Shown here: one piece after another, positions 1 to 9,845 of the stretch
How positions within the stretch are numbered: position 1 is the first letter of the stretch
How the letters are laid out: every line of letters starts with the position of its first letter
Virus record (IMG/VR): IMGVR_UViG_3300031841_004047
DNA: 64,000 nt
From: a virus
Direction: 5' to 3' (one strand)
Notes under the pieces: model-generated
What the model saw: the letters and a program-made list of their open reading frames with translations, nothing else
Databases searched by the model: none
What the model was told of the DNA's origin: nothing
Position numbers and translations under genes: made by a program

Positions 1-1
1 T

Positions 2-3000
2 CAAGTACAAAGGTACTACAGCTCACAAGCCACGGGCGGTAGCGGTATACTTAATCTTGCTACCGGATCTGGAAACGATACTTTCGCAAATTCAACGGAA
101 TGGCTATTCTTTAGATCAGATGACGGTACACCGTTAACTGTTATAGGAACTCCATCGGTTGGTGGAACGAGTACCTCGATAACCTTTTCTGGAATCTCAA
201 CTTCAGGTGTAAATATTGATGCATTAGTCGTAGTTCAAAAAACCAATGTTCTTCACGCATCTAAAACATTGACAAGATATCCAGTTTCTGGCAGACAAGA
301 TATATCTCAGTCTACGGATGATGAAGGAAATGTTGTCTTTATGCTTAATAAATCTGATGTGTATGAAATGCTTGAAATTACGGATGCTACTTCAGATAAA
401 AATGATATCTCAGACTACTTTATTTTTGATAATGGTCAAAGGGATGGTTTCTATGAACAAAGCCGTCTTATTTTAAAAAGTGGTTATACAAATCCTCAAA
501 ATATACAAGTAGCCTTTAATTATTTCCAGTATGAAGGGCAGGGAACTGGTCATTACTTCTCTTCACAGTCATACGTAAATGTTCCCTACAATAAAGTTCC
601 GAAATATATTACTTCTACTGGAAAAGAAGTTGATCTAAGAAATGTTCTTGATTTCAGGCCGTTAAAATCAGACATAGATAGTGATAACGACGATGCCGCT
701 TTCACGAATGGCAGAAGATTTCTTCTTCCTCCAAACTCAGAAGTAATAAATGCTGATATAACATATTACCAATCAAGAAACGATAAGATAGTTATAGATC
801 AAGATGGAATCATAAAGGTAGTTAAAGGTGTTCCAGCTCTGACTCCCAAGTTTCCAGATACACCAAACGGTACCCTATTGCTATACAAAACAAAATTAAA
901 TCCTTATACCGATGATGGAGAAGACGTATCCTTTGATATGATAGAAACTAAGGGATACACCATGAAAGAGATCGGTAAGATAGAAAAAAGGATTGAAAAA
1001 CTAGAAGAGATTCAAAATTTAAGTATGCTTGAACTCGATACCAACAAAATGGTTATAGCTGATTCATCAGGTACAGATAGGATTAAATCAGGATTTATAG
1101 TAGATAACTTCATTGATCAGTCTAATTCTAGGTATAACAATGATGAGTATAGAGCTTCAATAGATCCTAGTACCTTTACTCTTCATCCGCCATTTTATCA
1201 AGACAATGTCGGTCTAATTTTTGACTCAACGGACGCTGATACATCTGACGTTGTTTTAAGAGGAGACAACATATACTTGAGTTATACCGATTTAGATTAT
1301 GTCGTACAAGATCAAGCTTCATCTGAACATACAGTAAACTCATTCAATGCTTTTCAAAATAACGGCAGTATAACTTTATCACCATCTTCTGATGAGTGGT
1401 TTGATAACAGAGATGCCGGTAAGAAAGTTATTAAAGGTACAAATAGATTATCTAACAAACCAGATCAACTCTGGAACAGCTGGAAATGGAACTGGATCGG
1501 TAGTGATATCGATGGATCTGAAACGACGGAGGACAAATCAGTCACCGAAGATACCGTAAACTCCAGATCTTTCAGTGCTAAGACATATTCTAACATAACC
1601 GAAGGAATGGGATCTTCTGAAAAAACTATAGTTAATCGAGTAATCACTTCTGAAACCATACGAACTTTCGCTAGTGGTAGAATCATAGATGTTGCGATAA
1701 CTCCGTTTATGAGATCCAGAAAAATATATTTTAATGCTGTTGGTTTAAGACCTCTTACAAAATTGGTGCCATACTTTGATGGTGTCAACGTAAACGAGTT
1801 TGTTAAACAAGAATCATTTAAAAGAATAAACAGTCATAGAACAGAATATAACAACTTAAATCAGTTTTCTACTTTCCATCCGGACTTTGCGGATTTAACT
1901 ACGGCTCAGACTACATACATTCAAACTGATACTGAGGGGAGAGTTAGCGGATCGTTCTTTATTCCAAACACTGCCTCCAAAAGTTTTAGATGTGGATCAT
2001 TGGAATTTAAACTGCTTGATGTTACTGTGGATGACGAATCAGTAGCAACAACTAAAGCCTCTGCTATATACACGGCGGCTGGTGCTTTGGTTAGATCTAA
2101 AGATAGAATCATATCGACTAGATCCACGCATATCATAAACAATCAATCAAACGTAAGTACGGGAAGGTCAACTTCTGCGGCGCCGGCACGCGGTAGAGTT
2201 GATCCGATTGCTCAGACATTCCTAGTTAATGATTCAACAGGAATATTCATAACAAACGTATCTCTCTACTTCAAATCAAAAGATACTTCACTTCCAGTCT
2301 GGATTGAAATAAGACCAGTTATTAATGGAACACCTTCTAAGGACATAATAATTCCAGGATCAAGGAAGTATCTCGGATCATCCCGCGTTGCTACTTCTAC
2401 GGATGCTTCAGTTCCTACACTGTTTACATTTGATGAACCAATCTATCTAGATTCTTATCGGGAATATGCTATATGTATATTTTCAGACAGTAAGAAGTAT
2501 GTACTATGGACAGCAAAAACCGGAGAGTTTATATTAAACTCCAGTGAGACTAGAGTGACAAACAGTCCTTCTATTGGAAGTTTATTTAAACCTCAAAATA
2601 CTTACTTGTGGGAAGAAACTCTAAACGAAAACTTGAAGTTTAAAGTACAAAGAGCGTCATTTAGTACTTTTACCAGTGATGCTCCAGCTGTAGCGATATT
2701 TAATAATGCTCCTATAGCCAATGAAAGATTAGGAATAAATTCTTTAACTTCATACAGCGATTCTGACTATATAAGGGTATATCATCCTAATCATGGGTTT
2801 GCGGTTGGAGACGGAGTCACTCTTTCGGGAGTAACAGCTTGGAATGGAATTACAACAAACTACATGAATGATTCACACGGCATCATAGCTAGAGATCTTG
2901 ATCATTACGTAATAAGTGATAATGACTTGAGTATTAATGGAACTGGAGCAACTCCTGGTGGTGGTAGCTCCATCGTCGCATCTAAGAATATTCAGTTTGA

Positions 3001-3772
3001 TGCCGTTACACCATATATCGAAACCCTAGTACCCGTTGGAACCTCGATAGATTTCAGTGGTAAGTTTACGGCCGGTAAAACAATAGTTGATGTCACAACT
3101 CCTCATAACTATGTTAAAGATACTACCTTCGATGCTAACCCTCTCATCAATCTTCAGACAAACTACTTTACTTCACCTAAAGTAATAGCTCAGCCCATTA
3201 AAGAAACAAGACTTAATAGGAAATCAGCAACTATTAAAGCTTCTTTAACTTCAGATGATGATAGAGTCTCTCCAGTCATAGACCTTCAAAGATGTTCTCT
3301 GATAACTATTTCTAATAGAATTGATAAACCTTCTAACAGCAGTAACTACAGTAATATTGCTCTAGGAACAAATTCGGTTATAACTGGATTCGTCGATGAA
3401 ACTGATAAGAGTAACGGCTCTGTACTTTCAAAACACATTACTAATCCAGTAAATCTTCTTACGGATGCAGTGGGGCTGAAAATAATTCTTCAAGCAAATA
3501 GGCCGACTGAATCTTCAATAGAAGTTTACTATAAGACATCTCTGGGCAGTGAGCTACTAGATAATTCACCCTACATAAAGGCCGAACTAGAAGGTGCTAT
3601 TCCAGCCGATGATGATAAGACCATATTCAGAGAATATAACTATCTTGTAGGAGGACTGCATGGAGGTCTTGATCCGTTTACCTCTTTTGTGGTAAAAGTA
3701 GTAATGACTTCAACTAATTCATCTAAGGTACCTACTATCAAGGATCTTAGAGCTATAGCATTGGCGGTGTAG
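2..3772 (+). CDS. Large virion structural protein, VrlC-like/DUF4815-like as in T4-like marine phages; 5'-truncated by the window edge
   Basis: The frame of the 269..3772 ORF reads open from position 2 (QVQRYYSSQATGG...), so the TTG at 269 is not the true start. Motifs DFRP, IKSGFIVDNF, LSPSSDEWFD, DPIAQTF and the C-terminal KVVMTSTNSSKVPTIKDLRAIAL match this family as I recall it. Confidence 0.7.
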   Translation, partial: QVQRYYSSQATGGSGILNLATGSGNDTFANSTEWLFFRSDDGTPLTVIGTPSVGGTSTSITFSGISTSGVNIDALVVVQKTNVLHASKTLTRYPVSGRQDISQSTDDEGNVVFMLNKSDVYEMLEITDATSDKNDISDYFIFDNGQRDGFYEQSRLILKSGYTNPQNIQVAFNYFQYEGQGTGHYFSSQSYVNVPYNKVPKYITSTGKEVDLRNVLDFRPLKSDIDSDNDDAAFTNGRRFLLPPNSEVINADITYYQSRNDKIVIDQDGIIKVVKGVPALTPKFPDTPNGTLLLYKTKLNPYTDDGEDVSFDMIETKGYTMKEIGKIEKRIEKLEEIQNLSMLELDTNKMVIADSSGTDRIKSGFIVDNFIDQSNSRYNNDEYRASIDPSTFTLHPPFYQDNVGLIFDSTDADTSDVVLRGDNIYLSYTDLDYVVQDQASSEHTVNSFNAFQNNGSITLSPSSDEWFDNRDAGKKVIKGTNRLSNKPDQLWNSWKWNWIGSDIDGSETTEDKSVTEDTVNSRSFSAKTYSNITEGMGSSEKTIVNRVITSETIRTFASGRIIDVAITPFMRSRKIYFNAVGLRPLTKLVPYFDGVNVNEFVKQESFKRINSHRTEYNNLNQFSTFHPDFADLTTAQTTYIQTDTEGRVSGSFFIPNTASKSFRCGSLEFKLLDVTVDDESVATTKASAIYTAAGALVRSKDRIISTRSTHIINNQSNVSTGRSTSAAPARGRVDPIAQTFLVNDSTGIFITNVSLYFKSKDTSLPVWIEIRPVINGTPSKDIIIPGSRKYLGSSRVATSTDASVPTLFTFDEPIYLDSYREYAICIFSDSKKYVLWTAKTGEFILNSSETRVTNSPSIGSLFKPQNTYLWEETLNENLKFKVQRASFSTFTSDAPAVAIFNNAPIANERLGINSLTSYSDSDYIRVYHPNHGFAVGDGVTLSGVTAWNGITTNYMNDSHGIIARDLDHYVISDNDLSINGTGATPGGGSSIVASKNIQFDAVTPYIETLVPVGTSIDFSGKFTAGKTIVDVTTPHNYVKDTTFDANPLINLQTNYFTSPKVIAQPIKETRLNRKSATIKASLTSDDDRVSPVIDLQRCSLITISNRIDKPSNSSNYSNIALGTNSVITGFVDETDKSNGSVLSKHITNPVNLLTDAVGLKIILQANRPTESSIEVYYKTSLGSELLDNSPYIKAELEGAIPADDDKTIFREYNYLVGGLHGGLDPFTSFVVKVVMTSTNSSKVPTIKDLRAIALAV

Positions 3773-3773
3773 T

Positions 3774-3980
3774 ATGATAAAAGTAGAAGGACACGGCGAT
3801 TTAGTAAAAGATGAAAGCAGCGGCGCTGTTTTAAATATTGATAGAGCACAGATTGCTCAAGCTAGGTTCAGGAAAAAACAATGGAAAGAAAAAGAAGACG
3901 AATTAGCTTCAATTAAAAACGATATATCAGAATTGAAGATGATGATGAAAGGTTTAATCGAAAGGATTGACAATGCCTAG
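3774..3980 (+). CDS. Small conserved hypothetical protein with a coiled-coil C-terminus
   Basis: 68-aa ORF (MIKVEGHGDLVKDESSGAVLN) tightly coupled to the upstream gene. Confidence 0.7.
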   Translation: MIKVEGHGDLVKDESSGAVLNIDRAQIAQARFRKKQWKEKEDELASIKNDISELKMMMKGLIERIDNA

Positions 3981-5604
3981 AAGAATTCTAAATATAGGTG
4001 GTATTGCAAATGATGGTAAGGGTGATACTCTTCGTGTTGCCAGCCAGAAGATAAATGAAAACTTTCAAGAGTTATACACGGGTTTAACCTTTAGCGAAAA
4101 TGTTGGAAACTTAGCACCAGCATTAATCAATACTGATTCCTTAAATGAGGGTCTTACTAATCTATATTTTTCAAACGAAAGAGTCGATGACAGAGTAAAC
4201 GCATTAATAGTCGCTGGAACAAGTTTGACTAAAGTGTATGATGACGCATCAAATACTCTTACTTTAAACGCGGAACCTGCTGGAGCTCAGCTTACGGATC
4301 TAAGCGTTACAACTGGTACACCTAATGGTGCTTTTGGCGGTGGTGCACTTTCTTATAATAACACAAATGGTGTATTTACTTTCATACCTGCCCCAACATC
4401 ATCCGTAAATCAAGCTACTCCATCTGGTGGTGGTTCCCTTTCTTATGATGTTGGAACTGGCGTATTTACTTTTACACCTCCTGATCTATCTTCTTATGTT
4501 ACATCAGTAAATTTAACAGATGATCTTGATGCTGTCGTAAATCGTGGAAGTACAACTACTTCTGGAATCACTGTTGGAGATCTAAATGGTCTTACTATTC
4601 CAGCCGGGCCTGGGACTATAGCACTAACGAGTCAGCTAGCAGCCGGAGGTGGACTTACCGATATAGAGTTTGATTTAACGCCACAGCTTGGCGGTGACTT
4701 GGATGTTAATGGTAACAATATCACTGGTGCTACCGTAAATATTGTTTCATCCAATGCTGGTAATATTAACGTTACTCCAGATACCACCGGAAACATTGTT
4801 CTTCATGGAGCAACATGGCCCAATGTAACCGGTTATGTTAACGGAAACGTTCTAACTACTGATGCATCTGGAAACCTGAGCTGGCAAGCGCCGGCTGCTG
4901 GCAACACCGCTTTAGCTACACCGAGCTCAGACGGATTAATGTCAGCTAGTGATAAAACCAAGCTTGACGGTTTAAGTACCGGTGTAACAGTTGAAGTAGA
5001 CACTATTCTACCTTCTCCAGGGACTGAAGGAGAGTTATTCTTCTATGAAGGAGAATCAAATGGCGATGGTGCCAGACTTTATATCTACACTAATAGTAAC
5101 TGGATAGACGCATCACCAAATAGATCCTTCGCCAGTCTAGATGCCAGAGGTATAATTTCTAAAATTGGTCTAGATACAAACGATTATATAGAAGTTCAAT
5201 CAACTCAACAAAGTTTCTTCTTGGATGGTAATGAAGACATGAGACTATTTAATAATGGTAATCTTCATGTCGATGGTGATGTTGTAGCCTTTTCTACAAC
5301 CATCTCGGATCCAAGACTTAAAGAAAACATTGAACCTATATCAAGCGCTTTGGAAAAGCTTGAAAGCTTAACTGGTTACACCTTTAATTATAAAAATGAC
5401 GGTCAAAAAAGTGCAGGTGTAATTTCAACAGAAGTTGCTAAAGTTTTACCTTCAGCAGTAAAGAAATCAACCTTGCCTCTTAAAACTGATGATGAAGAAG
5501 AATACGATGTGGTACAGTATGATCAACTTCACGCTCTTTTAATAGAGGCTGTTAAAGAGCTTTCAGAAAGAGTAAGGATTTTGGAAAATGGTTCTTCAAA
5601 CTAG
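3973..5604 (+). CDS. Tail fibre with a T4 gp9/gp10-like N-terminal anchor and a C-terminal peptidase S74 intramolecular chaperone
   Basis: The N-terminus reads NIGGIANDGKGDTLR..QKINENFQELY. The C-terminus reads SDPRLKENIEPI...GYTFNYK...AGVISTEVAKVLP...YDQLHALLIEAVKEL. The ATG at 3973 is preferred over the TTG at 3967. Confidence 0.88.
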   Translation: MPRRILNIGGIANDGKGDTLRVASQKINENFQELYTGLTFSENVGNLAPALINTDSLNEGLTNLYFSNERVDDRVNALIVAGTSLTKVYDDASNTLTLNAEPAGAQLTDLSVTTGTPNGAFGGGALSYNNTNGVFTFIPAPTSSVNQATPSGGGSLSYDVGTGVFTFTPPDLSSYVTSVNLTDDLDAVVNRGSTTTSGITVGDLNGLTIPAGPGTIALTSQLAAGGGLTDIEFDLTPQLGGDLDVNGNNITGATVNIVSSNAGNINVTPDTTGNIVLHGATWPNVTGYVNGNVLTTDASGNLSWQAPAAGNTALATPSSDGLMSASDKTKLDGLSTGVTVEVDTILPSPGTEGELFFYEGESNGDGARLYIYTNSNWIDASPNRSFASLDARGIISKIGLDTNDYIEVQSTQQSFFLDGNEDMRLFNNGNLHVDGDVVAFSTTISDPRLKENIEPISSALEKLESLTGYTFNYKNDGQKSAGVISTEVAKVLPSAVKKSTLPLKTDDEEEYDVVQYDQLHALLIEAVKELSERVRILENGSSN

Positions 5605-6628
5605 TGGACAGATTAGTTTAAATCAAATTAATATAGAGGCCAGAGGCAGTCAAGTTTCTGGTACTGAAGTTAGTATCAATGAACTTGATACAAGAGAATT
5701 AATCGGTAAGGGTCAAGGAGCTGCTGGAGGAGCCATTCAAATGGCTTTTAGTGAGTGGTATGGAGCAGCCCGGGCATTTGCTTTAAACCTGGCATCAAAC
5801 GTACAAGAAGCCGACATACACACATTGGCAACAAATGCTGGATGGAACGGTAGTGATAAAGTAAATGTAACTGTCGGTGCAGGTGTGTATGTTTGGTCTG
5901 ATGATATATCAACTGCTGCTATGACTATTTCTGGATCATTTCCTAACGGTGTGGAAGTAAATAATTCGGGTTTCATCATTGGTCGTGGAGGTAATTTAAA
6001 TGGCGCTACCGGTGGATCAGCTATATCTAATTCTGTTTCAAATGTTACTATAACAAACAGCGGCTACATAGCTGGAGGTGGCGGAGGCGGTGGTTCTGCC
6101 ATTGGCGGTGGAGGAGCGGGAGGTGGTGCTGGAAGCGGTGCTGGTGGACAACCTGGGTCAAACGGCAATAACAGCGTGAGTACTGCAAGCGCCTTTGTAT
6201 CTCATCCGACCAGCCAAACGTATTGCGGCGGGGAATGTGATAATAATGAAAGCAACTGTCCAACCGGATCCTGTACCGGTACTGGCAGCGTATCCATCAC
6301 ACCTACCTCAGGAGGAACTGATACAAGACCTGGAGGTGCAACCGGTCAGACCGTAAACGTACCTGTTTCTACGCAATGCTATGCACCAGCGTGTGCCGGT
6401 GGTGGGCCAGCAAGCGGAGGTAATAACTTTAATGTTTCTACAAGTGTTGGTGGAGGTGGTGGATCTAGAAGACTTGCCAGCACAAATCTTGATGGTTCTG
6501 GTAGTTTTGGCGGTGGAGGCTGGGGTAGAAGTGGTCTAGGAAGCGGGGCGGGAGCCGCCGGCGCCGCGATAAACTCCACGGTTTCATATGTTCTTACTGA
6601 TAACGGCACCATCTATGGAGGAGTATAA
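5588..6628 (+). CDS. Glycine-rich tail-tip adhesin, T-even gp38-like
   Basis: Starts MVLQTSGQISL, carries NNSGFIIGRGG and polyglycine tracts, and ends NGTIYGGV. It directly follows the S74-bearing fibre, like a gp37-gp38 pair. Confidence 0.72.
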   Translation: MVLQTSGQISLNQINIEARGSQVSGTEVSINELDTRELIGKGQGAAGGAIQMAFSEWYGAARAFALNLASNVQEADIHTLATNAGWNGSDKVNVTVGAGVYVWSDDISTAAMTISGSFPNGVEVNNSGFIIGRGGNLNGATGGSAISNSVSNVTITNSGYIAGGGGGGGSAIGGGGAGGGAGSGAGGQPGSNGNNSVSTASAFVSHPTSQTYCGGECDNNESNCPTGSCTGTGSVSITPTSGGTDTRPGGATGQTVNVPVSTQCYAPACAGGGPASGGNNFNVSTSVGGGGGSRRLASTNLDGSGSFGGGGWGRSGLGSGAGAAGAAINSTVSYVLTDNGTIYGGV

Positions 6629-6630
6629 TA

Positions 6631-7083
6631 ATGTCTTATTATGATTCCAGTGCTGCTCCTTATCAAGCCATATCTTCTACTTATTTTTTTAATGAAGACT
6701 ATGATACTCTTGATTCGGCTAGACAAGCTGCCCAAGATTATTACGTTTGGTTGAATACGCATCCAACAGCTCATATAACGGTTAAAACTGCCGATATGAA
6801 TGAAAATGGTTCTTATATCATATCTCCTAATCTAAGTGATAGTGATATTTTATCAAGTACAAGTGGAACATTTTTAGTTACAGATCCCGAAACCGGAAAA
6901 CTTGTTAAGACCGAAGACTTGCAAGAAAAAGTTGAAGCTTCTAAAAATTATAAAATAGCAGGATGTAATAAAATATTAGAAACGAGAACTACAATCACTA
7001 ATAGCGGAGATCCTACGTTGCAACCGGAAGATAGAATAGCCATTTATGATGAATACTTTATTCACGACGTGGATTCAATATAA
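6631..7083 (+). CDS. Hypothetical protein
   Basis: 150-aa ORF starting 2 nt after the adhesin stop. Confidence 0.6.
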   Translation: MSYYDSSAAPYQAISSTYFFNEDYDTLDSARQAAQDYYVWLNTHPTAHITVKTADMNENGSYIISPNLSDSDILSSTSGTFLVTDPETGKLVKTEDLQEKVEASKNYKIAGCNKILETRTTITNSGDPTLQPEDRIAIYDEYFIHDVDSI

Positions 7084-7097
7084 AATAATAGGTAATC

Positions 7098-7301
7098 GTG
7101 ATGGAATTAAAAGAGTTAATAAAATTTGTGGCTTCAAAAAGAGTAAGAGATGAAAGACGATCAATATGTGAAAGCTGTGAAAAAATGCAGAAAAATATTG
7201 TAGGAATACCCTCATGCAATGAATGTGGGTGTTTTATTGAAAGTATGATAACATACAAAGGTAAATCATGTCCTCTACATAAGTGGCCAGAAGTAGAGTA
7301 A
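7098..7301 (+). CDS. Small Cys-rich putative metal-binding protein
   Basis: Contains CESC, CNECGCF and CPLHKW. Confidence 0.65.
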   Translation: MMELKELIKFVASKRVRDERRSICESCEKMQKNIVGIPSCNECGCFIESMITYKGKSCPLHKWPEVE

Positions 7302-7307
7302 CTCCTG

Positions 7308-7315
7308 TATAAATA
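7308..7315 (+). promoter_or_regulatory. T4-type late promoter
   Basis: Exact TATAAATA in the intergenic gap, about 20 nt before the ATG at 7337. Confidence 0.8.
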
Positions 7316-7336
7316 GAAAAAAAGGATAGATAGAAA

Positions 7337-8056
7337 ATGGCAATTACGTTTCCAAGCAATCCATCAGACGGTGATACCTTTACGTGGGGTGGAGTAAGAT
7401 ATACTTTTGATTCGACTCCCGGTGCTTGGGTTGGTGCTGGTGGATCAGATCCGGTCATTCTTTATGGTACCACTTTTCCTAATAACGGGTTAGAGGGTGA
7501 GCTTTTCTATTATGAGGGAGCCGCTTCAGGAGATCCTGCTAGATTATATGTATACAACGGTGGGGTTTGGGTGGATGCTTCCCCCGCGGCTGATGCCCCG
7601 CCTATAGCTGATGATTCAGTTAGCGAAGTAAAATTACAGGTGAGTAATTCTCCAGTGGATGGTTATATGCTTACGGCTCAATCTGGTAATACTGGCGGAT
7701 TAACGTGGGCCGCTGCCCCCGCTGCCCAAACGGGTGGTGGAGGCGGAGTTATTCTTGGAAGCACAACGGGTGGTAATACTAATACAGATTTTGCTCCAGA
7801 TGCTGGTCCGTTGACTTTACCTGATGGAGCAACTTTAGCTTATTATGCATCTTTTAATTATAATTCTTCAGGAGTTGCTGGTAGAGTTAAAGTTGGTGGA
7901 TCCGCAATAGATAGTGTGATCGGTTTTACTGGTCTACGAACTTTAGTCGGTAACTACACTAATAATACTGGTTCAGCACAGACAATACACGCAACTATAG
8001 AAGACGGTTCATCAGCTGCTAATTATTCAGTTATAATGCATTTTTGGATAAATTAA
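7337..8056 (+). CDS. Short tail fibre-like structural protein
   Basis: MAITFPSNPSDGDTF N-terminus. Shares an ELFYYEG..ARLYVY..WVDASP module with the 3973 fibre. Confidence 0.7.
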   Translation: MAITFPSNPSDGDTFTWGGVRYTFDSTPGAWVGAGGSDPVILYGTTFPNNGLEGELFYYEGAASGDPARLYVYNGGVWVDASPAADAPPIADDSVSEVKLQVSNSPVDGYMLTAQSGNTGGLTWAAAPAAQTGGGGGVILGSTTGGNTNTDFAPDAGPLTLPDGATLAYYASFNYNSSGVAGRVKVGGSAIDSVIGFTGLRTLVGNYTNNTGSAQTIHATIEDGSSAANYSVIMHFWIN

Positions 8057-8092
8057 ATCATGGATATAAGTAGAACAAACGGAGTTAAATAA

Positions 8093-8671
8093 ATGGCAAT
8101 TTCATTTCCAAGCAATCCAGCTGACGGTGATACTTACTCCCACGGCGGTGTTACTTATACATGGGATGCGTCTCCAGGTTACTGGAAAGGACAGTTTTCT
8201 GTTCCTACTATTCCAGAAGACGTAAGTGATTTAACTGATACTACAAACTCACTTTTTGATGGAGTCTTTAGTTCTTTAACAGGAAAACCGACTACTATTT
8301 CTGGATATGGTATCACTGATGCCTTCAATGGAGCCTTTAGTTCTTTGACAGGAAAACCAACTACTCTTGCTGGTTATGGTATTACTGATGGTGGTGGTGG
8401 TGGATTTAATGGTTCATGGACATCTGCGTCTACTTCTGCAGGTACTAATGCTACTACCAGGACACCTGATTTTACACTCAACCCGGGTGGAATTTGTTTT
8501 GTAAGTGAAAAAGGTACCTCAGAAGGTAGTGTAGGTGTTGAAGTCAATGGTGTAGGTCAAAACTACGCATATATCAACACTACTGCAGGAAATGTTACTG
8601 TCCGAGGACGTTGCACAAATGGTAGCTCGGGTGCATTTAAGAGTATAATATTTTATGCATTTAACCCATAA
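8093..8671 (+). CDS. Short tail fibre-like protein with two KPTT(I/L)xGYGITD repeats
   Basis: N-terminus MAISFPSNPADGDTY is paralogous to 7337. Contains two 23-aa fibre repeats. Confidence 0.72.
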   Translation: MAISFPSNPADGDTYSHGGVTYTWDASPGYWKGQFSVPTIPEDVSDLTDTTNSLFDGVFSSLTGKPTTISGYGITDAFNGAFSSLTGKPTTLAGYGITDGGGGGFNGSWTSASTSAGTNATTRTPDFTLNPGGICFVSEKGTSEGSVGVEVNGVGQNYAYINTTAGNVTVRGRCTNGSSGAFKSIIFYAFNP

Positions 8672-8693
8672 CTAATAGCAAGGAAAATTCAAA

Positions 8694-9044
8694 ATGGCCA
8701 TATATTATCAATACCAAGTGAAGGTAGATGAAACAAATAAAGTTGTAGGAACAACTACGGCGATGTCAAATGAACCAATACCATTGGATTCAGACTGTTA
8801 TGAAGTTATGGAAGACCCCAGTGAAAAGCTTGGTTATATATATGATCCACAAACTGGAGAATTTAGTTTAACAGCTGAAGATGCTAGAAGACAAAGAAAT
8901 AATTTATTAGCTCAAACTGACTGGAGAGCATCTAGTGATCTTACTCTTGATTCCGACTGGGCGGTGTATAGGCAATCTCTAAGAGACGTACCAGCACAAG
9001 CTGGTTTTCCCGGTAATGTAGTATGGCCTACAAAACCAACTTAA
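8694..9044 (+). CDS. Tail fibre assembly chaperone
   Basis: RRQRNNLLAQTDW...WAVYRQSLRDVPAQAGFP.NVVWPTKP is a typical chaperone C-terminus. Confidence 0.85.
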   Translation: MAIYYQYQVKVDETNKVVGTTTAMSNEPIPLDSDCYEVMEDPSEKLGYIYDPQTGEFSLTAEDARRQRNNLLAQTDWRASSDLTLDSDWAVYRQSLRDVPAQAGFPGNVVWPTKPT

Positions 9045-9055
9045 AGGATAAATAA

Positions 9056-9844
9056 ATGGCAAGGAAAGTATACACAGATCTAAGTGATACAATACAGGGT
9101 TGGAGAGTTAAAACCAATCTCACGGCTGAGTATCTTGGTGACTTAGACAGTCTAAACTCTGAGTTAAACAGTACTACAATGGTTGCGGCCGTGAACAGCA
9201 CCCTTGCTAGAATTAAAGGTTTTGATTCTGGTCAAACCACTAAGTTCGTTGATTCAGACTACGTAAGACTTAGGGCTGATTCTAACTATGTTAGATCAGC
9301 CGCCGACTCGGGTTGGATCAGAAGCATGTTTTCGGTGGATGATCAGGGCGGAGATGGATCTTTAGCTTACGATGAAGAAACCGGTGTTGTAACATATATT
9401 GGACCGAGTGCTACCGAAGTAAGAGCACACTTTACTGCAGGAACGGGTATTACAATCACAAGCGGACAGATTTCCGCTGATCAGGCAAATATTAATATTA
9501 CGAACTTAAATGGATACAACGCGAATGCTTTCATAGATCACACCAATGTTAATTTAACGGCAGGTGCTGGATTAACCGGTGGCGGGAATATTGCGGCTAA
9601 CAGATCATTCGCGGTAGGAGCTGGAACTGGTGTTACCGTAAACGCTAACGATGTTGCGATCGGTCAAGATGTGGCAACCACATCTAATGTTACATTTGGT
9701 AGCGTGAAGATTGGTACATATTGGACTATAGAAGCAAGTGGGCAAGATTTAATATTCAGGCATGGAACAAGCAGGCGCTTTAAGATGGATGCTAATGGTA
9801 GCTTCACCGCAGTTGATGATATAGTAGCGGTAGGAACAGTATAA
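9056..9844 (+). CDS. Tail fibre protein with DSxY repeats and no S74 domain
   Basis: Contains LTAGAGLTGGG and VAIGQDVATTSNVTF fibre motifs. Ends GSFTAVDDIVAVGTV. Confidence 0.72.
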   Translation: MARKVYTDLSDTIQGWRVKTNLTAEYLGDLDSLNSELNSTTMVAAVNSTLARIKGFDSGQTTKFVDSDYVRLRADSNYVRSAADSGWIRSMFSVDDQGGDGSLAYDEETGVVTYIGPSATEVRAHFTAGTGITITSGQISADQANINITNLNGYNANAFIDHTNVNLTAGAGLTGGGNIAANRSFAVGAGTGVTVNANDVAIGQDVATTSNVTFGSVKIGTYWTIEASGQDLIFRHGTSRRFKMDANGSFTAVDDIVAVGTV

Positions 9845-9845
9845 C

